From Rhodobacter capsulatus SB 1003 (GTDB lineage Bacteria; Pseudomonadota; Alphaproteobacteria; Rhodobacterales; Rhodobacteraceae): DNA of 32,000 nucleotides. The position numbers were made by a program, and so were the translations under genes. Below are positions 24,285 through 32,000 of this stretch, one piece after another. The notes under the pieces were generated by a model. The model was given only the letters and a program-made list of their open reading frames with translations, did no database searches and was not told the DNA's origin. How positions within the stretch are numbered: position 1 is the first letter of the stretch; each line of letters starts with the position of its first letter. Where the stretch lies: NCBI RefSeq assembly GCF_000021865.1, contig NC_014034.1:2970001-3002000 (forward strand), given 5' to 3'.

Positions 24285-25460
24285 ATGGGCTGGGGCAAAG
24301 GCATCGGATGGGGCCTGGGCGGGGCCGTGATCCTGGCGGCGGGGGCCTTCTTCGCCCTTGCCCCCGGCATCGTCGAGCGGGGGCAGAACCGGGTCGTGCC
24401 GCATGAGCCCTGGCCGGTCTCGGCGCAGGCGGCGGCGCTGCACAAGACGCTCGTCATCGGCGATTGGCATTCCGATGCGCTTTTGTGGGACCGGGATCTG
24501 CTGACGCGGTCCGACCGCGGCCATGTCGATCTGCCGCGGCTGCGGGCGGGCAATGTGGCGGTGCAGGTCTTCACCACGGTGACGAAAACCCCCGCCGGGA
24601 TGAATTACGACCACAATGCCAAGGACGCGCGGGACAACATCACGCTTCTGGTGATGGGGCAGTTGCGGCCGGTGCGGAGCTGGTTCAGCCTTGCCGAACG
24701 CGCGCTGGATCAGGCGGCGCGGCTGCGGGCGATAGCCGAGGCGGCGCCCGATCAGCTGGTGGTGGTGCGGCGGGCGGGGGATCTCGACCGGGTGCTGGCG
24801 GCGCGGGCGCAAGGCGCGCAGACCGTGGCCGGGATTCTGGGCGCCGAGGGCGGTCATGCCCTGGAAGGCCGGATCGAAAATCTGGATCGGCTTTACGACG
24901 CCGGGTTTCGGCTTCTGGGGCTCACGCATTTCTTCGACAACGAACTGGGCGGCTCGCTGCATGGCGAGGATGACGCCGGGCTGACGCCCTTCGGGCGGCA
25001 GGTGGTTGAAAGGATGGTGCAAAAGCGCATGGTGATCGACCTTGCCCATGCTTCGGAACCGATGGCGCGCGAAGTGCTGGCGATGCCGGGCACGCGGCCG
25101 ATCGTCAGCCACGGCGGCATTCACGGCGTCTGCCCGGTGAAGCGCAATTTCCCCGATGCGCTGATGCGGGAGATCGCGGCGAAAGGCGGTCTGATCGGGA
25201 TCGGCGCCTGGGCCGAGGTGACCTGCGACGCGACGCCCGCGGGCGTGGCCCGGTCGATCGTGGCGGCGGTGCGACTGGTGGGCGAGGATCACGTCGCGCT
25301 CGGCTCGGATTTCGACGGCGCGGTCGAGACGGAATTCGACAGCTCGGAACTGGCGGCGCTGACGCAGGCGTTGCTGGATGCGGGGCTGAGCGAGAGCGTG
25401 ATCGCCAAGGTCATGGGCGGCAACATGATCCGCTATCTGCGCGAGACGCTGCCGCAGTAG
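24285..25460 (+). CDS. membrane-anchored dipeptidase, peptidase family M19
   Basis: 391-aa ORF with N-terminal TM (GLGGAVILAAGAFFALA). M19 motifs: GDWHSDAL (HxD), GAEGGHAL, IDLAHAS, GSDFDG. Confidence 0.85.
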   Translation: MGWGKGIGWGLGGAVILAAGAFFALAPGIVERGQNRVVPHEPWPVSAQAAALHKTLVIGDWHSDALLWDRDLLTRSDRGHVDLPRLRAGNVAVQVFTTVTKTPAGMNYDHNAKDARDNITLLVMGQLRPVRSWFSLAERALDQAARLRAIAEAAPDQLVVVRRAGDLDRVLAARAQGAQTVAGILGAEGGHALEGRIENLDRLYDAGFRLLGLTHFFDNELGGSLHGEDDAGLTPFGRQVVERMVQKRMVIDLAHASEPMAREVLAMPGTRPIVSHGGIHGVCPVKRNFPDALMREIAAKGGLIGIGAWAEVTCDATPAGVARSIVAAVRLVGEDHVALGSDFDGAVETEFDSSELAALTQALLDAGLSESVIAKVMGGNMIRYLRETLPQ

Positions 25461-25461
25461 G

Positions 25462-25679
25462 GGAGCAGGATTTCGCCTCGCTTGCGCGAGGCGACCCGCC
25501 GGGGGCTTCGCCCCCGGACCCCCAAGAGGCGTATTTTGCCAAGGAAAACCCCTTCGGTTGCCGCCCCGCAACCCGTCGGCGGCCCAGCGCCCTGCTTTTC
25601 CTTGGCAAAATACGCCGGGGGGTGCGGGGGGCGGAGCCCCCCGCGGGTCGCCCCGGCTTGCCGGGGCGAAATCCCCCGC
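25462..25679. repeat. ~218-bp near-perfect palindromic, multi-hairpin intergenic element (MITE/REP-like)
   Basis: Fills the whole gap between the convergent stops at 25460 and 25680. Perfect 21-bp inverted repeat GGCGTATTTTGCCAAGGAAAA (25528-25548) / TTTTCCTTGGCAAAATACGCC (25596-25616). The outer arms also pair (GGATTTCGCC../..GGCGAAATCC). Each arm has its own 9-bp hairpin (25473-25494 and 25648-25669). Confidence 0.8.
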
Positions 25680-26495
25680 TCAGTCCCAGAGACTTTCGAC
25701 CTCGAACCGGGTCAGACGCGGATGCGCAGGCGGGCCGAAAGCCGCAAGGCTGGCGAATTGCGGGAATTGCGCCTCGAAAAGCGACAGCATCCGCGGATCG
25801 ATCATCCGCTCCACCCCCTCGCCGGGGTGGAAGGCCTCGACCTCGAGCCCCGCGACGCGCAGCGAGCCGTGCTGTTCCAGCACCACATGATAGACCGTAA
25901 CCGGCGCCGAGGGGGTGACCTCGATCACGCTGATGCCGTCGAGGAAGGCGCGGGCGGGCACATAGGCCGCCTCGAGGCCCGAAACCCGGCGCAGGCGCGG
26001 ATCGCGCAGGCACAGCCGCGCCCGCGGGCCCAGCACCAGATCCAGGGCGGGCCGTCCCGCCCCGAAAGCCTCGGCGGTGATCCGCGTCAGGCTGACCTGT
26101 TCCTCCAGATCGCGGCCGGTCTCGGCGCCGGGATAGATCACCATCGAGCCGATCCAGCACACCCGTTCCGCCCGGCCCTCGGCGGTCAGGACGCTTTGGC
26201 CGGGCTGCAGATCCTCGATCGCGACCGGACCGTCTTCGGTCATCAGCACCGAGCCCCGCGCCAGCGCCGAGAAGGCCTCCTCGAAAAGCGGCGTCGCCGG
26301 GGCCAGCCGGGTGCTGGTCTGCACCGCGCCCTCAGGCGTCAGCCAGCAGGACTGATACCGCCGCGTCAGCGGCATCGCGCGCAGCGATTTCGCCGCCAGC
26401 AGGGGCGGCTTGCGGGCGCTCAGCCCGGCAGAGGGATCATCGCGGTCCACGGGCAGGGCAGCCTGCCCGGCCCCGAGCCGGTGGGTAATCGACAT
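25680..26495 (-). CDS. Hint (Hedgehog/intein-like) domain protein
   Basis: The internal ATG (CAT at 26493-26495, GGAAGG upstream) gives 271 aa. Its central region (LARGSVLMTEDGPVAIEDLQPGQSVLTAEGRAERVCWIGS ... DLVLGPRARLCL ... VYHVVLEQHGSLRVAGLEVEAF) matches the bacterial Hint-domain pattern common in Rhodobacterales. Confidence 0.75.
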   Translation of the reverse strand: MSITHRLGAGQAALPVDRDDPSAGLSARKPPLLAAKSLRAMPLTRRYQSCWLTPEGAVQTSTRLAPATPLFEEAFSALARGSVLMTEDGPVAIEDLQPGQSVLTAEGRAERVCWIGSMVIYPGAETGRDLEEQVSLTRITAEAFGAGRPALDLVLGPRARLCLRDPRLRRVSGLEAAYVPARAFLDGISVIEVTPSAPVTVYHVVLEQHGSLRVAGLEVEAFHPGEGVERMIDPRMLSLFEAQFPQFASLAAFGPPAHPRLTRFEVESLWD

Positions 26496-26558
26496 GGCAC
26501 AGCCTTCCGGTCTGGTCACATCTGCGACGGCCCCCACCGCATGCAGAAAGACCGGGCC

Positions 26559-26587
26559 AGAATGCCCGCCGGGCGGCCCTGCGTCAA
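26559..26587 (-). promoter_or_regulatory. sigma70-like promoter candidate for the Hint-domain gene
   Basis: On the minus strand: TTGACG (26587-26582), a 17-nt spacer, then CATTCT (26564-26559), about 60 nt upstream of the ATG. Sequence match only. Confidence 0.3.
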
Positions 26588-26778
26588 ATTTCGTGAAGAA
26601 TTGCTGAACGGCGGCAACCAATCCGCCCCGCCTGCCCGCCACTTGTTGCGGTTACGGCAACAATGCCCGGATTTCGCCGCAATCGGATCGAATCATCCGC
26701 TTTCGGCCGGGGGTGGCAGCCCCCGGCCGCTGCGGCAGCCGATCATGCCCGAAGGCGCGGCCCCAAAGGCGGAAAGGA

Positions 26779-26949
26779 TCAGCAGGCGGCCAGCGCGGGC
26801 CGCTTGGCCGCGACCGGGGCAGCGGCCCCCTTGCGCCGTGCCAGCATCTCGGCCCGGCGGGCACCGCGTTGCCAGGGCATCGCGACGGAGGCCTTGGCGG
26901 CGCTGTCAAGGGCGGTCTGCATCCAGCGCGGGGTCGGTTTCAGGGTCAT
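26779..26949 (-). CDS. small basic hypothetical protein (56 aa)
   Basis: The ATG (CAT at 26947-26949) is preceded by GGAGAG at 4-nt spacing. About 50 of 57 codons end in G/C, consistent with a real reading frame in this genome. Product: MTLKPTPRWMQTALDSAAKASVAMPWQRGARRAEMLARRKGAAAPVAAKRPALAAC. No family recognised. Confidence 0.4.
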   Translation of the reverse strand: MTLKPTPRWMQTALDSAAKASVAMPWQRGARRAEMLARRKGAAAPVAAKRPALAAC

Positions 26950-27173
26950 TCTGCTCTCCTGCGGTTCTTGCGGACCGATGCCAGGCATCGGCCCCTGAGG
27001 TGTTTTCCCCCCGCAATACGGCGGCGATTGGGCACCAAGCGTGCTTTCCTGCGCCACCCGCGGGCGAAATCATGGCAGGAAGTGTTGCGCGAAACTGCAA
27101 AATAAAGGGTTAACGGGCGTTGCGGCGCGGATTGCGCCACAATCCGGGCCCGACAGGCGCGGACCGCCCGCGC

Positions 27174-27935
27174 CTAAAGCCGAATCGCCGAGATCAGGCG
27201 GCCGTAATCGGCCTCGCCCGCATGGGTGGTGCGGCGGAAGGAATAGAACCGCTCGGGATCGGCATAGGTGCAGTGCCGCGTCCATTCCGCCTGCCCGACC
27301 CCGGCCGCGCGCAGCCGTGCAAGCCCGTAGCCCGGCAGGTCGAACATCGGCTTGCCCGCGGGGCCGCCCGCAAAGAACCGCGCCGCCTGCGGATCGTCGA
27401 TCAGGAAGTTTTCCATGAAATCATCGCCGACCTCATAGGCGCGCTGCGAAATGCAGGGCCCGATCACCGCGGAAATCCGCGCCCGATCGGCCCCCAGCGC
27501 CTCCATCGCGTCCAGCGTCGCTTCCAGCACGCCGTCGCGGCTGCCGCGCCAGCCCGCATGGGCCGCGCCCACCACACCGGCCACCCGGTCGGCAAACAGC
27601 ACCGGCTGGCAATCCGCCGTCAGCACGCTGAGCACGATGCCGGGGCGTTTCGTCACCAGCGCATCGGCGCGCATCGTCTCGGCGGGGACCTCCTCGACCA
27701 CCAGCACATCGGCGGAATGGATCTGATGCACCCCCACCAGCGCCGCGGGCAGGACCCCCATCGCCGTCGCCACCCGCGCCCGGTTCAGCGCCACCGCCTC
27801 GGTCTGATCCGAGGACCCATGGCCGCAATTGAGCCCGGCGAAGATGCCGGAAGAGGCCCCCCCCTTGCGGGTGAAAAACCCGTGCGTCACCCCCGAAAGG
27901 GCCGGAGAGGTCAGGATTTCAAGCGTCGTGGGCAT
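27174..27935 (-). CDS. pgeF: YfiH/PgeF family purine nucleoside phosphorylase / peptidoglycan editing factor (laccase-domain protein)
   Basis: 253-aa ORF with family motifs HGFFTRKGG, QIHSADV, TADCQPVL, AHAGWRG and YSFRR. Confidence 0.85.
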   Translation of the reverse strand: MPTTLEILTSPALSGVTHGFFTRKGGASSGIFAGLNCGHGSSDQTEAVALNRARVATAMGVLPAALVGVHQIHSADVLVVEEVPAETMRADALVTKRPGIVLSVLTADCQPVLFADRVAGVVGAAHAGWRGSRDGVLEATLDAMEALGADRARISAVIGPCISQRAYEVGDDFMENFLIDDPQAARFFAGGPAGKPMFDLPGYGLARLRAAGVGQAEWTRHCTYADPERFYSFRRTTHAGEADYGRLISAIRL

Positions 27936-27938
27936 GGA

Positions 27939-29009
27939 TCAGACATCGAAGCCCGGGGGCACCGGGGCGGTTGCGGGAAAAATGGCAAGACTTTGGAACA
28001 CCTGACCCATTTCTTCGGGATGGGTCAAGCGCCGATGCGCGGCGACATGCGCCTCCCGCGCCGCCCCGGACAGCCGCGCCGCCAGTGCCTCGGCCCGGGC
28101 GGTGATGCCGAGACGTTCCAGCAGCACCCCCTGCGCGGTCATCGCCGAGGCCTGCGCCCCCGCCGCCCGGGCGGCTTCGGCCAAGGGTTCGAAGGCGACA
28201 TGGGCGGTCAGATCGGCCTCGCCCGGGGTGGCGAAAGGGTCGCAAAAGCCATGCGCCCTGACCGCCTGAAAGGTGTCGCCCAGGCTGCGCCAATGGCCGT
28301 AATCGATCACCAGCGCGACGCCGCCATGGGTGGCGATGCGGCGGGCGATTTCCCCCATGATCGGCGCGGCGGCGGGACAGGTTTCCACCACATCGCCCGG
28401 TGTCGTATCGACGAGCCGGTGTTCCAGCGCGGCAAAGCGGGTCGGCGGCGCAAGGCCGGGCACAAGGCACTCGCCCACGAGACCCACCTGACGCTCGGCC
28501 CAACCTGCCTCGGTGCGCAGGAATTGCCGGATCGGCAGGGCGTCGAAGAACTCGTTCGCGAGCAGGAACAGCGGCGCCTCGGGCAGGGTTGCGACACTGT
28601 CATGCCAGCTGACCGGATGCGCGGCGAGCGTCTGGCGCTGCACCGCGCGCAGGGTGGGCGAGGCCTCGATCAGATGCAGCCGCGCCGCATCCGCCATGCC
28701 GGGCACGCGGGCGATCACCCGCGTCACATCGGCCAAAAGCGTGCCCCGCCCCGGCCCGATCTCGGCCAAAATGAAGGGCGCGGGGCGGCCCTGATCCAGC
28801 CAGACCTGCGCCAGACAGAGGCCCAGCATCTCGCCGAACATCTGGCTGATCTCCGGCGCGGTGATGAAATCGCCCGCCCGGCCAAAGGGATCGCGGGTGG
28901 CGTAATAGCCGTGCTCGGGATGCAGCAGGCAGGCGGCCATATACTGGTCCAGCCCGATCGGCCCCTCGGCCGCGATGCGCGCAGCGAGAAGCCGGGCGAG
29001 CGGCGTCAC
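27939..29009 (-). CDS. class I SAM-dependent methyltransferase, MidA/NDUFAF7-like
   Basis: 356-aa ORF. The GTG start overlaps the lgt stop (GTGA). Motifs [15 protein letters not shown] and [13 protein letters not shown] are typical of the MidA/DUF185 family. Confidence 0.8.
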   Translation of the reverse strand: MTPLARLLAARIAAEGPIGLDQYMAACLLHPEHGYYATRDPFGRAGDFITAPEISQMFGEMLGLCLAQVWLDQGRPAPFILAEIGPGRGTLLADVTRVIARVPGMADAARLHLIEASPTLRAVQRQTLAAHPVSWHDSVATLPEAPLFLLANEFFDALPIRQFLRTEAGWAERQVGLVGECLVPGLAPPTRFAALEHRLVDTTPGDVVETCPAAAPIMGEIARRIATHGGVALVIDYGHWRSLGDTFQAVRAHGFCDPFATPGEADLTAHVAFEPLAEAARAAGAQASAMTAQGVLLERLGITARAEALAARLSGAAREAHVAAHRRLTHPEEMGQVFQSLAIFPATAPVPPGFDV

Positions 29010-29890
29010 CTTGCCCCCCGCATCCGGGCGTAAAGCACCAGCATCAGCCCCATGGCGATCATCGGCGCCGAGAGCAGCTGCCCCATGGTGATGCCGATAT
29101 CGCCCAGAAAATAGGCATAGCCCATCGGATTGGTCGCGCTGGCGAATTGCGCATCGGGCTGGCGGAACAGCTCGACAAAGGCGCGGGCGAGCCCGTAGCC
29201 GATCAGGAACACCCCCATCAGCAGCCCCGGGCGGCGCAGCGCGCCGCGGGCGAACAGCGCCCAGAGCACGGCGCCCAGAACCAGCCCCTCAAGCCCGGCC
29301 TCGTAAAGCTGCGAGGGATGGCGGGCGCAGGCGTAATCGACCTGCCCGGCCCAGCCGTTGCAGATTTGCGCCGCCTCGACCGGGAAGATCACGCCCCAGG
29401 GCATGTCGGTCGGCCGCCCCCAAAGCTCGGGCTTGATGAAATTCGCGATCCGGCCCAGGAACAGCCCGATCGGCGCCACCAGCGCAAAGGCATCGCCCAC
29501 GGACAGGGGCGCGATGCCGCGCCGCCAGCAAAAGACGAGCCCCGCGACGACGACGCCCGCAAAGCCGCCATGGAACGACATGCCGCCTTCCCAGACCCGG
29601 AAAATCGCCAGCGGATCAGCCAGATAGGTGGCGGGATCGTAGAACAGCACAAAGCCCAGCCGCCCGCCGAGGATGACGCCCAGGATCACCCAGGTCAGCA
29701 GATCCTCGACCGCTTCGGGCGGCATCGGCGCGGCCCTGCCCCAGAGCTTCGGGCGCCGCATCAGCGCGACGACGATGCGCCAGCCCGCCAGAAGGCCTGC
29801 GATATAGGCCAGCGCATACCAGCGGATCGGCCAGTCGAGGATCGGGATCTCGAACGCGTCGGGGGAGATGTCGGGGAAAGGAAGGGCCAT
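29006..29890 (-). CDS. lgt: prolipoprotein diacylglyceryl transferase
   Basis: The internal ATG (CAT at 29888-29890) gives 294 aa: [26 protein letters not shown].., with GGMSFHGGF and [16 protein letters not shown] signatures. Confidence 0.88.
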   Translation of the reverse strand: MALPFPDISPDAFEIPILDWPIRWYALAYIAGLLAGWRIVVALMRRPKLWGRAAPMPPEAVEDLLTWVILGVILGGRLGFVLFYDPATYLADPLAIFRVWEGGMSFHGGFAGVVVAGLVFCWRRGIAPLSVGDAFALVAPIGLFLGRIANFIKPELWGRPTDMPWGVIFPVEAAQICNGWAGQVDYACARHPSQLYEAGLEGLVLGAVLWALFARGALRRPGLLMGVFLIGYGLARAFVELFRQPDAQFASATNPMGYAYFLGDIGITMGQLLSAPMIAMGLMLVLYARMRGAR

Positions 29891-30024
29891 GACGTCCTCG
29901 GGCTGAAGCGGTGCCACTTGGCCCTTGCGCTGCGGCGAAGTCAACCTTGTCTCGGCGGGCCTGACAGCCCATATAGGGCGCAAGCGGGGCCGGTGCGGCG
30001 GCCCGCAGGCAGAAGGTGAAGACG

Positions 30025-30264
30025 ATGCAAGCTCCGAACAAACTTTTCGACGAGATGTCGAAGCTGATGACCAATGCGATGGGCGTGGCGCAGGGCGCCA
30101 AGACCGAGGCGGAAACGGCGATGAAAAGCTGGATGGACCGCTGGATGGCGGATCGCGATTTCGTCACCCGCGAGGAATTCGACGCGGTGAAGGCGATGGC
30201 CGCGAAAGCGCGCGAGGAAAACGAGGCGCTGAAGGCGCGTCTCGACGCGCTGGAAGCGAAGTAA
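30025..30264 (+). CDS. ubiK: UbiK/YqiC (BMFP) family accessory factor, coiled coil
   Basis: ATG at 30025 ([55 protein letters not shown]) with AAGGTG upstream. The track ORF starts at a GTG at 30016, which is an alternative start. Confidence 0.8.
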   Translation: MQAPNKLFDEMSKLMTNAMGVAQGAKTEAETAMKSWMDRWMADRDFVTREEFDAVKAMAAKAREENEALKARLDALEAK

Positions 30265-30294
30265 GCTTTCGGCTTCTTCCCGGGAAAGATACGC

Positions 30295-30329
30295 CCGCCG
30301 AAGGTTCGCGCCTTCGGCGGTTTTGCTTT
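30295..30329 (+). terminator. Rho-independent terminator after ubiK
   Basis: CCGCCGAAGG (30295-30304) TTCGCG CCTTCGGCGG (30311-30320), followed by TTTTGCTTT. Confidence 0.75.
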
Positions 30330-30342
30330 GATCGGTCCCTTC

Positions 30343-30550
30343 GGGCGGATCAGGAAAGGCACCGCCTTTCCCCGCCCGCGGCACGACGCGGATGAAACGA
30401 CCGCATCCCCGAGCACGACGAGAGGCCAGCGCCCAGCCCCGGCGGGCGAGAAGCGCCCGCCATGGGCGGGGCGGGCGCTGGCCGGGACGCTTTGGCGCCC
30501 CGGCGGTCACGGGACATCTGTTTCGCATGGCCTCGGCGATGGCCGAGGCC
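30343..30550 (+). repeat. ~205-bp structured intergenic repeat, copy C
   Basis: Begins about 14 nt after the ubiK terminator. Contains GGAAAGGC-ACC-GCCTTTCC (30353-30371), GCCGGGACGC-TTTG-GCGCCCCGGC (30481-30504) and a terminal GGCCTCGGCGATGGCCGAGGCC palindrome (30529-30550). Aligns with copies A and B. Confidence 0.8.
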
Positions 30551-30559
30551 AGATCAGCG

Positions 30560-30862
30560 TCACTTCAGCGCCACATCCTGCGCCAGCCCGCCATCGGGGC
30601 GATAGACCAGCACCCGGCCGCTTTCCGTCACAACCACGGTAAAGCCCCGCCCGAAGGTCACGGCCTCGGCCTTTTCCCCCGCGGGGAGCGTGATCGCAGC
30701 GGGCAGCGCGGGCAGTTTCGTCGCCCCCGGCAGGCGGGTGACAAGCAGGAAGATGATCGTTAGAAGGCCGAAGATCATCACCCCCGCAAGGGTGGTGGTG
30801 AGAATCTTCAGAAACTTCACCTCGGGCGGCGGCGCCGGATCGGAAGGCATCATGTCGGACAT
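30560..30862 (-). CDS. small single-pass membrane protein (DUF6476-like), about 100 aa
   Basis: ATG (CAT at 30860-30862) with AGGAGG 9 nt upstream. Product: MSDMMPSDPAPPPEVKFLKILTTTLAGVMIFGLLTIIFLLVTRL.. (one TM) plus a short beta-rich C-terminus. The longer track ORF (to 31021) runs antisense into rluD and is unlikely. Confidence 0.65.
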   Translation of the reverse strand: MSDMMPSDPAPPPEVKFLKILTTTLAGVMIFGLLTIIFLLVTRLPGATKLPALPAAITLPAGEKAEAVTFGRGFTVVVTESGRVLVYRPDGGLAQDVALK

Positions 30863-31895
30863 CGCGGCACACCTCCTGCGCATCGAAATCGGCGAAGACC
30901 CCGCCGAGCGGCTTGATAAGGCATTGGCGGCGCTTGTGCCAGAAGAAGCGGCGCTGTCGCGCTCGCGTCTGGCCCGGCTGATCGCCGAGGGCGCGGTGAC
31001 ACGGGACGGCGTCGCGATCACCGATCAGAAGGCCAAGGTCGCCCCGGGCGAGGTCTACATGATCGCGGTTGAGCCGCCCCGCGCGGTCGAAACCCTGGCG
31101 CAGGACATTCCGCTGACCGTGCTTTGGGAAGACGAGGACCTGATCGTGATCGACAAGCCCGCGGGGATGGTGGTGCATCCGGCGCCCGGCTCCGAGGACG
31201 GCACGCTCGTCAATGCGCTGCTTCATCATTTCGGCGGCAGGCTGTCGGGCATCGGCGGCGAGGCGCGGCCGGGCATCGTGCACCGGATCGACAAGGAAAC
31301 CTCGGGCCTGCTCGTCGTGGCGAAATCCGACCGCGCGCATCACGGCCTTGCGGCGCAATTCGAGAAACACACGGTGCACCGCCATTACACCGCGCTGGTG
31401 CAGGGCGTGCCCTCTGCCGCCGATCCGCGGCTGCGCGGCATCCGCGGGGTGAATTTCGAACAGGGCGGCATCCTGAAGATCACCTCGCAGCTCGCCCGCC
31501 ACCCGACCGACCGGCAGCGCCAGGCGGTGCTGTTCACCGGCGGGCGCCATGCGGTGACCCGCGCCCGCACGGTCGAGGCCTTTGGCGGCGTCGCGGCCTT
31601 GATGGATTGCTGGCTCGAAACCGGGCGCACGCATCAGATCCGGGTGCATATGGCGCATGTGGGGCATGGGCTGGTGGGCGATCCGACCTATGGCGGCAAG
31701 CGGAAACTCTCGGTCCGCGCGGTCGGTGCCGCCGCGGCCGAGGCGGTGGCCAATTTCCCCCGTCAGGCGCTGCATGCGACGACGCTGGGCTTTACCCATC
31801 CGGTCACCGGCGAGGAGCTCAGCTTCACCTCCCCCCTGCCCGAAGATTTCGAGGCGCTGCTGGCAACCTTGCGCGCCGGGCCGCAGATCACCTGA
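30852..31895 (+). CDS. rluD: RluA-family 23S rRNA pseudouridine synthase (RluD-like) with N-terminal S4 domain
   Basis: ATG at 30852 after GGAAGG. 347 aa with an S4 segment (RLDKALAALVP..SRSRLARLIAEGAVTRDG), the catalytic motif HRIDKETSGLLVVAK, and GRTHQIRVH. Confidence 0.88.
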   Translation: MSDIAAHLLRIEIGEDPAERLDKALAALVPEEAALSRSRLARLIAEGAVTRDGVAITDQKAKVAPGEVYMIAVEPPRAVETLAQDIPLTVLWEDEDLIVIDKPAGMVVHPAPGSEDGTLVNALLHHFGGRLSGIGGEARPGIVHRIDKETSGLLVVAKSDRAHHGLAAQFEKHTVHRHYTALVQGVPSAADPRLRGIRGVNFEQGGILKITSQLARHPTDRQRQAVLFTGGRHAVTRARTVEAFGGVAALMDCWLETGRTHQIRVHMAHVGHGLVGDPTYGGKRKLSVRAVGAAAAEAVANFPRQALHATTLGFTHPVTGEELSFTSPLPEDFEALLATLRAGPQIT

Positions 31896-32000
31896 TCTCA
31901 CGCTTGCGTCATCAGTGCTTGCCCGGCGCCGGATTCCGGCCCATCCTGCGTTCATCCCCATGACCGGCGGCCGAACCCCTTGAAAGGGCAGGCCTCCTTC

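Noticed and set aside
23922-27113. ORFs 23922..25571 (-), 25411..26160 (-) and 25482..27113 (+) crossing the palindromic element
   Set aside because: They run through the non-coding palindrome and antisense to the dipeptidase and Hint genes. Their translations are Arg/Pro/Gly-rich low complexity.
27120-29033. 637-aa plus-strand ORF opposite pgeF and the MidA-like gene; also 30507..31961 (-) opposite rluD
   Set aside because: These are shadow ORFs. The opposite strands have clear family motifs and operon-style overlaps.
31979-32000. CCCTTGAAA at the window edge resembling a sigma32/sigma70 -35 element (possibly for a downstream heat-shock gene such as rpoH)
   Set aside because: Only the -35-like half is inside the window. 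The -10 region and the target gene are off the end, so the call cannot be supported.

Overview
High-GC alphaproteobacterial (Rhodobacteraceae-like) chromosomal segment, densely coding. I saw no transposase, integrase, CRISPR array or rRNA. By hand I can support about 27 protein genes, one tRNA-Tyr, four good intrinsic terminators, a few candidate promoters and two families of structured intergenic repeats. Core content, left to right: CoA-binding protein (partial), rlmB, tRNA-Tyr, a GT8-like hypothetical plus an RTX/beta-helix protein, metY, a 1052-aa Pro/Ala-rich membrane-anchored protein, a CPA2 K+ antiporter, the carD-fdxA-S4 protein-SUV3-like helicase-TPR cluster, SCP2 plus alpha/beta hydrolase, a four-gene Anbu module, pepF, an M19 dipeptidase, a Hint-domain protein, the lgt-midA-like-pgeF operon, ubiK, a small membrane protein and rluD. 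Most interesting: (1) a complete Anbu operon (circularly permuted ATP-grasp + alpha-E + transglutaminase-like protease + proteasome-like peptidase), a predicted peptide-ligation/degradation system whose role is still unresolved, next to two further peptidases and a heat-shock-type promoter. (2) An in-frame TAG that cuts the Walker A motif off the SUV3-like helicase. (3) A ~205-bp structured repeat present three times, always just 3' of a gene in the same orientation, with compensatory changes in one hairpin. (4) A ~218-bp near-perfect palindromic element that fills a convergent intergenic gap. (5) A giant Pro/Ala-rich protein with PilM/GspL-like and PilP/GspC-like ends. (6) A GT8-like plus orphan RTX/beta-helix pair next to tRNA-Tyr. 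Many very long ORFs in the six-frame track are antisense shadows typical of high-GC DNA and are rejected. All family assignments come from motif recognition by eye; no database search was possible.
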